DNA of 64,000 bases from a virus (lineage: Duplodnaviria; Heunggongvirae; Uroviricota; Caudoviricetes). Shown here piece after piece: positions 38,444 to 47,281 of the stretch (the stretch's first letter is position 1; each line of letters begins with the position of its first letter). The notes beneath the pieces are model-generated. The model did not search any database. It was not told the origin of the DNA and worked only from the letters and a program-made list of their open reading frames with translations. The stretch lies in the IMG/VR virus record IMGVR_UViG_3300046692_000385, one strand, 5' to 3'. Made by a program: the position numbers and the translations under genes.

Positions 38444-38821
38444 ATGAGCAAAGCCAACGTGATGTCGGAGCCAAAGAGTAAGCAGTATTTGGCGGACCTG
38501 GAGGCGGTCGACACCTCGCGCTCGGCGCCTGCACCTGCTAACCCGCCCGAGAGGATTGAGGACGAGGAGGTGGTAGCACCGGCGGTAGTGACAGAGGGGA
38601 GGGCGCTTGCTCGCCCGGGGAGGGGCGTGGACTTACAAGCCCTGCGCGCCGCGCTGCCGAAGAAGGAAGCTCCGGTGCAGCAGCCGGTTCGTATTCCGCC
38701 GTCGTTGAAGGAGGACCTGACGCTGATCTGTTTCGCGCTTGGTAAGACCAAGAACGACTTCATCGTGGACATACTGCGAAAGGAAGTCGCGCGTGAGAAG
38801 AAGCGCATGGGCCTGGACTGA
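38444..38821 (+). CDS. ParG-like ribbon-helix-helix partner protein
   Basis: Start MSKANVM right after parA stop; C-terminal RHH RIPPSLKEDLTLICFALGKTKNDFIVDILRKE. Confidence 0.5.
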   Translation: MSKANVMSEPKSKQYLADLEAVDTSRSAPAPANPPERIEDEEVVAPAVVTEGRALARPGRGVDLQALRAALPKKEAPVQQPVRIPPSLKEDLTLICFALGKTKNDFIVDILRKEVAREKKRMGLD

Positions 38822-38844
38822 CCACCCTCCTGCAGACTGCTTTT

Positions 38845-39125
38845 CGGGTTTTGAGATAGGGGTCTATTGGGAGGTTTTCCGGGTTGGATCGGGTTTTGAG
38901 ATAGGGGTCAGGGTAGTTAGAAGATAGTTATAAAGGATTAGGGCCTGTGGAAAGGACTTGTAAGTCACTGAAAACATAAGCCTTTTTTTGCATGCCTTCT
39001 ATCTCAAACCCCGACAATTCCTATCTCAAACCCCGTTAGCGGCTATCTCAAAACCCGAGTTTCTATCCCAAACCCCGAACGAAAAATATCTCAAAACCCG
39101 ATAGTTATGCACATCTCAATCCGAG
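38845..39125. repeat. iteron-type replication origin: 2 inverted + 6 direct copies of TATCTCAAA(A/C)CCCG at ~22-bp spacing
   Basis: Direct copies at 39000, 39022, 39044, 39064, 39087, 39112 (last degenerate); inverted copies at 38845 and 38890; flanked by 16-bp inverted repeat GCCTTTTTTTGCATGCC (38980) / GGCATGCAAAAAAA (39145). Confidence 0.75.
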
Positions 39126-39147
39126 CCCTGCGTGCTACTTTCTCGGC

Positions 39148-39969
39148 ATGCAAAAAAACACCGCCATCGACATCCTGAAACGCCGAGAAGCCACGCAGCG
39201 AAAGGCATCGACGGCGCCCGTCCAACTGGAGTTCTGGTCCGAGAAGGTTCGTGGTCTGCCTAACACGCTCGCGCGCTGCGCGCTATTTACCGCGGCCGGC
39301 AAGAAAGAGGATCGGGCCAAATTCAGCGAGCATGTCGTTTTCTCGACCAAGGGTTTCACACTGACCTACACCGGCGAGGAACTACGTCAGGATGACCAGG
39401 ACGTTTTCCTGCAGCTCGTCCACATGACGCGCGGCATTCCCATCGGCCACAAGCTGAACGTCACGGGCTACACCATTCTGGGGGCGCTCAGTTGGGGCAA
39501 GGGCGGCAAAGACTACGCGCGCCTTCGCGAGAGCATTGAGCGGCTCTCCGACACCAGGATAAAGCTCGAAGGCGAGAACATACGCTTCAAGGGCGGATTG
39601 CTGCCCTCGATGACCCAAGTCGGTGACTCGGCTGCGAGTCGGTTTCGACTGTGGCTGGACCCGAGCGTGATCGAACTCTTTGGCGAGAACGAGTATTCAC
39701 TGGTCGACTGGGAGGATCGGCTCTCGCTGTCGGCCCTGGCGAAGTGGCTCCACAGCTTCTACTTCACGCACCGAGAGCCGCACCCATATCGAATCAAAAC
39801 CATTCACGAGCTTTGTGGCAGCCGGCAGAAGGAGCTCTGGGCCTTTAAGCAGAAGCTCAAGTTGGCGCTCGATGAACTGGTGCTGATTGGCTTTCTCGCC
39901 AAATACGAAATCCTGGGCGATCTGCTGGCCGTGCGCCGGCAGTATGCGGTTGCGGCACTTCGCAACTAA
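39148..39969 (+). CDS. TrfA-like plasmid replication initiator
   Basis: LPNTLARCALFTAAG segment typical of TrfA family; immediately downstream of iterons. Confidence 0.55.
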   Translation: MQKNTAIDILKRREATQRKASTAPVQLEFWSEKVRGLPNTLARCALFTAAGKKEDRAKFSEHVVFSTKGFTLTYTGEELRQDDQDVFLQLVHMTRGIPIGHKLNVTGYTILGALSWGKGGKDYARLRESIERLSDTRIKLEGENIRFKGGLLPSMTQVGDSAASRFRLWLDPSVIELFGENEYSLVDWEDRLSLSALAKWLHSFYFTHREPHPYRIKTIHELCGSRQKELWAFKQKLKLALDELVLIGFLAKYEILGDLLAVRRQYAVAALRN

Positions 39970-40348
39970 CCGTCCAGCGCCCGACCCTACTTATGCACAG
40001 AAACGGTGGACAACCCTGTGGAGCAATGATCGATGCTGGTCGACGTCTCCCCGATGCGTGAGCGCGGCAAGGCACTGCCTCAACACGCCGTGCAGAGCGG
40101 CCCGGCGGTCCACGGCGATCTTGTGATCGGCCAGGAGAAATCCTCCGCACTCAACCGCTACACCAACATCGCACGCTTCCAGACGGCAGGCGCCACCGAT
40201 CCGCAGCCACTTCCGTCGCTTCACGACGCCGCGCTTTCCTGGATGGGTCCGCTTGGGTTCGTCCTGACGGGCGTGGAATTCGTCGACGGCACTGCTTACT
40301 CACAGTCTTGGTGGTGCCGTCCGAGCTAGACGGAGGCCCGACGGGATC

Positions 40349-40813
40349 TTGCGCGGACCACCGGAGATTGCAATGGATCTACTGAACCTACTCGAAGGCG
40401 TCGCGGCAGTCTTAGCCATTTACATCTCAGTTGGGAAACTCCAAAGAGGGCTCTTAAAAAACTGGCTCACTGCCTGGCGCATCATGGCTAGCGTTGGGGT
40501 CGTCGCCGTCTGTGGGTGGATGCTGGTTTTCCAGGTGACCGGCAATATCGACGAAATAATTCACTATCCGCGCGCGGGCCTGTTTCGCAGCCTATCCGTC
40601 GCCGCGCTAGTGATCTGGGCAGCGGTCGTGACGGTCTGGGGCACCTGGAAGCCCTACCACGTCAAGACGATGAACATTCAGGAGAGGCGCTGGCACTTCG
40701 GAATCATGTTCTTGGTGTGCGTTCTCATCGTAGTGGCCGCGAAGATTCCACGCTGCTCAGGCAGTGCCTTATACGATTCTGCATGGGGAGTCTGGTGGTG
40801 CCAGCAGGGCTAG
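40349..40813 (+). CDS. membrane protein
   Basis: 154 aa, 4 predicted TM helices. Confidence 0.4.
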   Translation: MRGPPEIAMDLLNLLEGVAAVLAIYISVGKLQRGLLKNWLTAWRIMASVGVVAVCGWMLVFQVTGNIDEIIHYPRAGLFRSLSVAALVIWAAVVTVWGTWKPYHVKTMNIQERRWHFGIMFLVCVLIVVAAKIPRCSGSALYDSAWGVWWCQQG

Positions 40814-41463
40814 GCCTTGCCGCTGCGGCCCCAGCCGAGCGCTGCTGGGCGGCTGTAGTTGGCGAACTTCACCTTGAGCCAGTCTCTTGAGCGCCCGCGC
40901 TGATACGGCGAGTCGAGTCGCTTGCCGACCATACCCTCGAAATCGTGCTCCTTGACCTGCTCGAAGACCCATGCGCCGGCCGCCACGATGCCGGTTACGT
41001 AGACCAACACGGCCGTATTGTCGAAGGAGTCGCGCAGCGCCTGCTTGCGCTCGACAAGCGGCAGGTGCCGAATGTCGCGATCGCCATCGGCGAGCATGTC
41101 AAACACGTAGAGGCGGGCCGGGTGCAGCCTCATCGCGGCCCGCACGTTCGCTGCGACCGAGGTCCGCGCCCGAATTTGCAGGCGCTCGAATGAGGACTGC
41201 CCAGTCGGCTCATCCACAGTGAGCTCCGCGTCCCAGATGAAATCGCCGGGCACCTGCGCGACCGCCGCGAGCACGTCAGGAAACGAGCGGTTCATGAGGT
41301 TGCCCTGCCGCGAAATTAGCTCGACGCGCGCGCCAACCTTCCGAACCAGACAGCGATGGCCGTCGTATTTAAGTTCGAACAACCAGTCTTCGCGGGAAAA
41401 CGGTGCGCGGTTGAGCGTGGCGAGCATCAGGTCGCTGGCGTCGATGAGCGGAATGCCACTCAC
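40810..41463 (-). CDS. ATP-dependent DNA ligase nucleotidyltransferase domain only (no OB domain)
   Basis: Motif I KYDGHR, III FIWDAEL, IV LYVFDML, V EGMVGK; 217 aa. Confidence 0.6.
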   Translation of the reverse strand: MSGIPLIDASDLMLATLNRAPFSREDWLFELKYDGHRCLVRKVGARVELISRQGNLMNRSFPDVLAAVAQVPGDFIWDAELTVDEPTGQSSFERLQIRARTSVAANVRAAMRLHPARLYVFDMLADGDRDIRHLPLVERKQALRDSFDNTAVLVYVTGIVAAGAWVFEQVKEHDFEGMVGKRLDSPYQRGRSRDWLKVKFANYSRPAALGWGRSGKA

Positions 41464-41642
41464 GGCTTTGGCAATCGGGCGCTGACATAGGCGAGCTTCG
41501 CCCAGGCGTTGTCAGGATCGCACCCGGAATAGGCGCAGAAATGCTCGAAGTCGTCGAACACGGTATGGCCCGCGTCGTTGGTTTGCAACGTGCGGCCATC
41601 AATGACTTTCTTCAGCAATTCGACTGGATCGCCATAGCACAT
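41460..41642 (-). CDS. hypothetical small protein
   Basis: 60 aa, coupled to ligase-domain gene. Confidence 0.3.
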   Translation of the reverse strand: MCYGDPVELLKKVIDGRTLQTNDAGHTVFDDFEHFCAYSGCDPDNAWAKLAYVSARLPKP

Positions 41643-41744
41643 AATGACCCCTCCGGTTGACGCGAACGGCCAAGCAAACCCGGTGCCCGCGCATCAAAAT
41701 GATCCGCCCCAAAACGTTGCTAATGAAACGCCCGAGGATGAACT

Positions 41745-41969
41745 ATGAAAACTTGGACCTACGAGGAAGTCACGGCGGAAGCCGAGCGCCAAATTAAACG
41801 CGGGGTGGAGGATGCGGAAACGGCCGACCTTCAGTCAACAAAGAACATGAATGCAGATTTCGCTTTCGGCGCATATTTATTCTGGCTGGGACTGACAGCC
41901 GAGGTCGCGACGATTGAAGATCAACGGCGCTTAGAGGCGTTAGCTAAGAGTTCCGAGAAAAGACGATAA
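41745..41969 (+). CDS. hypothetical small protein
   Basis: 74 aa. Confidence 0.3.
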   Translation: MKTWTYEEVTAEAERQIKRGVEDAETADLQSTKNMNADFAFGAYLFWLGLTAEVATIEDQRRLEALAKSSEKRR

Positions 41970-42050
41970 TCAGTATTATGTCAACCACGGTGCGCGGTGA
42001 CGCGCCCTGGCTGCTCGCGCTATGATGAAAGCCTCACAGTGAGGTGTCTC

Positions 42051-42245
42051 ATGGGAAATATGTGGACTGAGCCTGCCGTCAGCGGGCACGACACGAAGGA
42101 AGAAGCCGAAGCCTACGACAAGTGGTTCCGCGAAGAGGTGCGGCTCGCTCTCGAAGAGGATGCGCCGAGCATTCCGCACGACGAGGCTGTTGCAATGTTG
42201 CGCGCCCGGGCCGCGGAGCGAAGGAAGGCGCAGAATGATCGTTGA
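42051..42245 (+). CDS. type II antitoxin (ParD/RelB-like)
   Basis: Start MGNMWTEP with GTGAGG RBS; 11-nt overlap with toxin gene. Confidence 0.5.
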   Translation: MGNMWTEPAVSGHDTKEEAEAYDKWFREEVRLALEEDAPSIPHDEAVAMLRARAAERRKAQNDR

Positions 42246-42507
42246 CTGGCGCCCGCGCGCCTTGCGCCGCCTTTACCAGATCCACGAACACATCAGCCAA
42301 GACAGCATCGACGCCGCAGATTTCGTGCAGGAGACGATTATTTCGGCGGCGGCCGATCTGCCCGCCCATCTCTACGTCTACCGCGAAGGTCGTGTGCCAA
42401 ACACGCGGGAGATGGTCGTGCTGCCGAACTACATCATCGTCTATCGGATCAAGAAGGATCGAATCGACATCGTGAACGTCCTGCACTCGCGGCGACGCTA
42501 CCCATGA
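42235..42507 (+). CDS. RelE/ParE-family toxin
   Basis: MIVDWRPRAL...IIVYRIKKDRIDIVNVLHSRRRYP ParE/RelE fold signature. Confidence 0.65.
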   Translation: MIVDWRPRALRRLYQIHEHISQDSIDAADFVQETIISAAADLPAHLYVYREGRVPNTREMVVLPNYIIVYRIKKDRIDIVNVLHSRRRYP

Positions 42508-42698
42508 CCGACGAAGAATGGCAACAGGCTTTGGCGAAGCTTGATCAGATCGATGGCAAGCTTGAAGAGATCGCTGGCGAATTTGAGGCGATGCAGCGCG
42601 ACTGGCGTCAGAGACTTACCAAGATCGACGCCACTCTGACACGCATCGAAGTTAGTTCGAGAGCCACATCAGGCGCTCGACCTCGACGTCCAGCTTGA
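42504..42698 (+). CDS. hypothetical coiled-coil small protein
   Basis: 64 aa. Confidence 0.3.
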   Translation: MTDEEWQQALAKLDQIDGKLEEIAGEFEAMQRDWRQRLTKIDATLTRIEVSSRATSGARPRRPA

Positions 42699-43284
42699 TC
42701 ACTGTGCGGTAGGCGCGGCGCAGCTCGGGCCACTCCATATCGAACACGTCCGCGAGCTCCAGCGATAGACCGAAAAGCGGTGCGACCGTGCCGTTGAGCT
42801 CCTGCCAGAAGACATACGGGGTTCGCAGGTGGCGCGGGGTGAGCCGCAGCACGTCGAGCGCCAGTTTCGAGAGCGTGCCATTTGTGCGAAGCGTCTGGGC
42901 CCGGTCCCACTTGAGGGTGATCAGGTCGTCGATCTCCAGGTTCGCCTCGAGGCCGAACAGCACCGCTGCCGGCCGGGGCCGGGCAAGCTGCTCTAAACCG
43001 GTTCGAATGTCGCCAAGCGTGATGCGCTCTTGCGGAATCGCGAAGCGCATGAGCGGCACTTCTGGCACCTCGCCCCGTGCGTGTGCTGCGCGCACCTGTG
43101 CAAGCACCGTCTCAACGATCAGCTTCCCCTCTTCACCGCGGTTGTCCATATTCAGACGCGTGAGAAAGGCGTGAAGCTGCATCGGGTGCGCTCGTTCGAG
43201 CGCCGTTTCCCAGATGGGGGAATCTGTAAGGGCTGATTTGCCCAGGAGAGGCGTGATCTCTCCGACGTCTTTGAGCGCCTGCAT
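42652..43284 (-). CDS. hypothetical protein
   Basis: 210-aa ORF. Confidence 0.45.
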   Translation of the reverse strand: MQALKDVGEITPLLGKSALTDSPIWETALERAHPMQLHAFLTRLNMDNRGEEGKLIVETVLAQVRAAHARGEVPEVPLMRFAIPQERITLGDIRTGLEQLARPRPAAVLFGLEANLEIDDLITLKWDRAQTLRTNGTLSKLALDVLRLTPRHLRTPYVFWQELNGTVAPLFGLSLELADVFDMEWPELRRAYRTVIKLDVEVERLMWLSN

Positions 43285-43320
43285 GAATGTTCTCCAGAGG
43301 CGCTCAAAGATACCACAGGG

Positions 43321-43635
43321 TCAATCCTGAAAGGTATGGCGCGCGATGACCGTGCGCAGGTGACTCTGGAGCTCGAGGGTCTCCTTGTGAAGCTCGACAA
43401 GTCGGTCCTGGCGCACCTGCCCTTCCGCGACCAGCCGGTTCAAGAGATCGGCATGCTCTCGCGTGCGCCTGCTCATGAGCCGCTGGTAGAGCCTGCCGGT
43501 CAAGAAAAACGCGGCAAGCTGAGTGAGCCAGATGAGGCTGAAGATCATCACCATCTCAGTGCCGCTCTGCGCGCGCTGAGCGATGGCGTAGCTGAGCGCG
43601 ATGTTGGCGGCCACCCAAATCAGTGTAAAGCTCAT
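43321..43635 (-). CDS. membrane protein
   Basis: 104 aa, 3 TM segments. Confidence 0.4.
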   Translation of the reverse strand: MSFTLIWVAANIALSYAIAQRAQSGTEMVMIFSLIWLTQLAAFFLTGRLYQRLMSRRTREHADLLNRLVAEGQVRQDRLVELHKETLELQSHLRTVIARHTFQD

Positions 43636-44300
43636 GCCGCCACCTGCTGGATCGGGTGTGCACCGTCGAGCCCGAGCACGCGCGCCTTGATGACGCGCAC
43701 GACCGAATCCTCGTTGTCGCGGTTGAAGACCGGCACGTAGACGTCAATGTCCTCGCCGCCGGCGACCTTTGCCCAGTGCTGCTCGGTCGTGAGCATCTCC
43801 TTCATGCGACCGGCATAGTTCTTCACCACCGCGGCCGCTGCTGCCGGGTCTTTGTGGATCATCGCTTCGGCGATGTCGATGCCCGCACGCTTGAGAAATC
43901 GCTCGGCGATGACTTCAGGCGGATTGTCCACGTAGACCGAGACGTGCGGCACGTCGTTCTTCTTGGCCCACTCCCTGATCTGGCGCATACCGATCGGCTC
44001 GCAGACGAGCACGACGTCACTGCCGTCCACGAACGCCTGGCGCGCTTCCTTCTCGGTCAGGCCGTAGTGGTTGCTGCCGAACTTCACGTGCTCGATGAAG
44101 GCGCCCTGCGCTTCGAGACGCTTGAACTGGCTGCCATCCACGAAGTGATAGTTCTTGCCGTCGACCTCGCCCGTGCGCGGAGTGCGGGTCGTGGTGCTGA
44201 TGAGAGCCGCAAATCCCTCGCCGCGCAGCAAGCCTTCGAGGGTCGTTTTGCCCGAGCATGTCGGGCCAGTGAGGGTGACAATCGTGCGCTTAGTCAGCAT
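43632..44300 (-). CDS. guanylate-kinase-like nucleotide kinase
   Basis: GPTCSGKTTL P-loop and TTRTPRTGEVDGKNYHFV; start codon embedded in motif copy. Confidence 0.6.
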   Translation of the reverse strand: MLTKRTIVTLTGPTCSGKTTLEGLLRGEGFAALISTTTRTPRTGEVDGKNYHFVDGSQFKRLEAQGAFIEHVKFGSNHYGLTEKEARQAFVDGSDVVLVCEPIGMRQIREWAKKNDVPHVSVYVDNPPEVIAERFLKRAGIDIAEAMIHKDPAAAAAVVKNYAGRMKEMLTTEQHWAKVAGGEDIDVYVPVFNRDNEDSVVRVIKARVLGLDGAHPIQQVAA

Positions 44301-44508
44301 TGACTTTCTCCTGCGGCGCCACTTTGAGCGCCAGTTTGTTCGTGATGACCTCCAGGAAGCGGCACATCGTGATCAGGTCCACCTCCTGGTTCTGGTTGTT
44401 GACGACGACGATGCGCCCGCCGATCATGCCGGGCCCGGCCGGCAGAATGTGGTGCCGCCAGGGCATCGTCGCTTGCAGCGCCTTGAATTCCTTCTCATCC
44501 ATTTCCAT
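44290..44508 (-). CDS. hypothetical small protein
   Basis: 72 aa. Confidence 0.3.
   Translation of the reverse strand: MEMDEKEFKALQATMPWRHHILPAGPGMIGGRIVVVNNQNQEVDLITMCRFLEVITNKLALKVAPQEKVNAD
44291..44305. promoter_or_regulatory. motif TAGTCAGCATTGACT overlapping gmk-like start codon
   Basis: GGAGAAAGTCAATGCTGACTAAG on minus strand. Confidence 0.4.
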
Positions 44509-44919
44509 TCACCAGGTTTTGATTTCTTCGAGCTTCAGTTCGATTTCGGGCGACGCCTCGATCGTGCGCAGCGCGAGCAGGCGCATGTCGTTCAAATGCG
44601 CGCGCACCGCTGCCAATTCCGCTTTGTGCGATTCGGTCGCTTCACCGCTCGATGGACGGAATCCCTGCTTGTAGAGCGCGTCGAAAAGCGCTTGCGCGGC
44701 TTTATGCGTGAGCGTGAACATCGGCTCCGGCGGCATCGCCTGACCGGTCGGCACGTTCTCGACTTCAAACGAGCCGAACGGCTTGATGACGCCCACGCCG
44801 GTCGTGCCTCGATACGACAGGCCGTGAACGTCAAGACCGCCCACGCCCATGTTCTCGCGCATCATCACCTCCTCCAGCCACAGAGTCGGGACCGCCTTTG
44901 GGGTGGACGACGTGCTCAT
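44509..44919 (-). CDS. hypothetical protein
   Basis: 136 aa. Confidence 0.45.
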   Translation of the reverse strand: MSTSSTPKAVPTLWLEEVMMRENMGVGGLDVHGLSYRGTTGVGVIKPFGSFEVENVPTGQAMPPEPMFTLTHKAAQALFDALYKQGFRPSSGEATESHKAELAAVRAHLNDMRLLALRTIEASPEIELKLEEIKTW

Positions 44920-46313
44920 GCTGCGAGCGCCTCCACCTTCTTGCCGGTGACAGCATTCGCGCGAGCGGCGATCACTTCTTCCAGCGAGTCGGCCGTCTCC
45001 TTGTCCGTGCGATAGCTGGCTTCAGCCATGCGCGGCAGGAACAGGCTATGCAGCGGGTTGCTGTCGGAGGGCTTCATGATTTCGTTGAAGCGAATCGGCC
45101 ACACGTGACCGATGAAAGCTTCGCGGTCGGCGTCGATGGCGTCACGCAGCGCTTCGTTCTTCACCGCCACATTGACCTGCAGCAGACCGTCGCGGGTTTC
45201 CATCGTGACGCGCCCTGCCCGCCCTTCGTTCTTCGTGCCCGGTTCGCCGTCGAGGATGGCGGTCGAGACGAGATCCACATCGATTTCCAGCTTGAGCTTG
45301 ACCACATCGGCGTTGCCGCTCGACGTGTCTTTCCAGACGCCGGCGCCGTTCTTGAGCACCGTGCCTTCCTTGCCTTCGATCTGCAGGCTCGCGCAGTGTG
45401 CATAGGCTTCGTCGAGCGAGTGGACGATCTTCGTCGGGATCAGGCGCACCGAAGCGCCGCCCGAGCGCATGATTTGCGTGAGCAGGCCTCTGAAGCGCTC
45501 GCGATACGGCGTGTCGCAACTGCCCTTTGGCAGCGCCAGTTCGAGCGGGATCTGATCCCAGGCGAAGAAAACAGGCTTCTCGTTCGGAGCGAAGCTGCCG
45601 CCCGCCAGCACGCTGTTCAGAATGCCGTTGCCGAGTTCACGCGAGGCGACCACGCCGTCGACCAGCACCACGATCTCGCCGTGCGTCTGCGTGCCAGGTG
45701 AAAAGGTTTTGCGCGCTTCGTGTTCGATGGCGGGGAACGCCTCGATCGGCAGTTCGTTGCCCTGGCGCGTGGTCAGGCGCACGACGCCGGCCGTATCGTG
45801 GTCAACGTTCGTGAATGCGCCGTCTGCCTTGTGCTGGCTGAACGCGCCCGCCTTCCAGTCCCACTTGTCGAACTTCGCCTTCTCCGGCAGCACGCAGCGC
45901 ATGTAGGGGAAGCTGCGGATCGTGCCCTTCTTCGCCTTGTTGACGGTTTCGGCCGAGAAGCCCGCGCGCAGGTCTTTCTTGATGATGCGCCAGAAGAGTT
46001 CCGACGAGGCGGGCTCAAGGCGCTCCATCTCCGCGCGCACTGCGTCGATTGCCGCGTTGCCGGTGAGGTCACGCGCGGCGAGGCGCTTGATGATCGCGTA
46101 GGTGTCTGCGTCGAACATCGCACCACCAACCTTCGCCGCGTCATTTTCCGGGCGTTTGCTGATGCCGTAGCTGATCAGCGGGTCGAGCGCGAACAGCAGC
46201 ACGTCCCGAAAGTCGACATCCTCGATGTTCGCGGCGACGAGCGCCTGCTTTTCGTTCTTGCTGCTGGTCGAGGCGATCGTATCGATCAGCAGGAAAATCT
46301 CTTTCGAATTCAT
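44916..46313 (-). CDS. ATP-dependent DNA ligase (full length)
   Basis: Motif I region QHKADGAF, adenylation + OB domains, N-terminal DNA-binding domain. Confidence 0.7.
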   Translation of the reverse strand: MNSKEIFLLIDTIASTSSKNEKQALVAANIEDVDFRDVLLFALDPLISYGISKRPENDAAKVGGAMFDADTYAIIKRLAARDLTGNAAIDAVRAEMERLEPASSELFWRIIKKDLRAGFSAETVNKAKKGTIRSFPYMRCVLPEKAKFDKWDWKAGAFSQHKADGAFTNVDHDTAGVVRLTTRQGNELPIEAFPAIEHEARKTFSPGTQTHGEIVVLVDGVVASRELGNGILNSVLAGGSFAPNEKPVFFAWDQIPLELALPKGSCDTPYRERFRGLLTQIMRSGGASVRLIPTKIVHSLDEAYAHCASLQIEGKEGTVLKNGAGVWKDTSSGNADVVKLKLEIDVDLVSTAILDGEPGTKNEGRAGRVTMETRDGLLQVNVAVKNEALRDAIDADREAFIGHVWPIRFNEIMKPSDSNPLHSLFLPRMAEASYRTDKETADSLEEVIAARANAVTGKKVEALAA

Positions 46314-46334
46314 GGTTCCCCTTTGTGCGTGTGG

Positions 46335-47012
46335 TTATGCCGATGCGCGGGCTTCGCGCATGCGTTTTGCGAACTCCAGCATCGATTCGCCCGGTGCTGG
46401 CTTGAGATTGACGGTCTTGATCGGCTCGGCGGGCTTCACCGGCTCGACAGGTTTCGGCGCAGGCTTCGGTGCGACCGGGGCCGGCGTGGGTGCACTTGCT
46501 TCCTGCATTGCTGCGTTGATGGCGGCCGCATAGCCGTTGTCTGCGCCGATGATCGGGGCCGGTGTGGGCTTCGGTGCGGGTGCAGGCGGCGGATTGTTCT
46601 TGCGCTCCTCGCGAGCCTGGCGCGCGTCCTTGCCCGCAGCCTTGAGCTCGTCGAGGAAAGCGGACGTGACCGGCGCCTTCATCTGCGCGGTGAACCACTC
46701 GCGTTGCTTCTCGCGGTCCACGTAGTAGAGCGCCCGCCCTTCGAGCGCTTCCTTGTCACGCATGCCAAGCGCCGGGCAGGTCTTCCACTGAATGGCGCCC
46801 GCGCACCCGCCCAGTTGGGCCTCGTTCATGCGCCCTTCCTCGATCGCCCTGATCTTGTTCAGGCAGACCGCGTAACCGGGGCGCTGGCCGCCGGTCGTGC
46901 AGTATTCGAGGTAGAAGGCGTTCTTGCCGGCCGCTGACTGCGACGGCGGATAGAAGGTGTCATCCGTGAAGACGGCTCGTTCGGCGACTGCCATGTGTTC
47001 TCTCCTTACCAT
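46335..47012 (-). CDS. hypothetical protein with Pro/Ala-rich C-terminal half
   Basis: 225 aa. Confidence 0.45.
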   Translation of the reverse strand: MVRREHMAVAERAVFTDDTFYPPSQSAAGKNAFYLEYCTTGGQRPGYAVCLNKIRAIEEGRMNEAQLGGCAGAIQWKTCPALGMRDKEALEGRALYYVDREKQREWFTAQMKAPVTSAFLDELKAAGKDARQAREERKNNPPPAPAPKPTPAPIIGADNGYAAAINAAMQEASAPTPAPVAPKPAPKPVEPVKPAEPIKTVNLKPAPGESMLEFAKRMREARASA

Positions 47013-47281
47013 TCGCCCCAGTCGGGGCAGGACGTTTCAAATTCAGCTTGGTTGCCCGCGTGAGCGAGCAGCATGTTGGCGAAGGTGTTGATGACCGCCT
47101 TCTTTTCGGCTGCCTGGCGCATCACGCTTCCCAGGCGGAACTTCGCGTCGAACTCGACCAGGCGGCGAACGTCCGGCGACATGGCTTCGAGCAGCATGTC
47201 CGCGCCCTCGATGCGGCCGTCGTCGCGCCCCTCGAAGTAGGCGAGGTTCTCTGCCGCGTCGTATTCGTATGTCGTCACCAC
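47006..47281 (-). CDS. hypothetical protein, C-terminus ..DWGEW
   Basis: 91 aa. Confidence 0.4.
   Translation of the reverse strand: MVTTYEYDAAENLAYFEGRDDGRIEGADMLLEAMSPDVRRLVEFDAKFRLGSVMRQAAEKKAVINTFANMLLAHAGNQAEFETSCPDWGEW

Noticed and set aside
38845-39125. Iteron array considered as a possible CRISPR array
   Set aside because: Repeats are 14 bp with 8-bp spacers at helical phasing, adjacent to a rep gene and with inverted copies. No cas genes are present. This is classic iteron origin architecture, not CRISPR.
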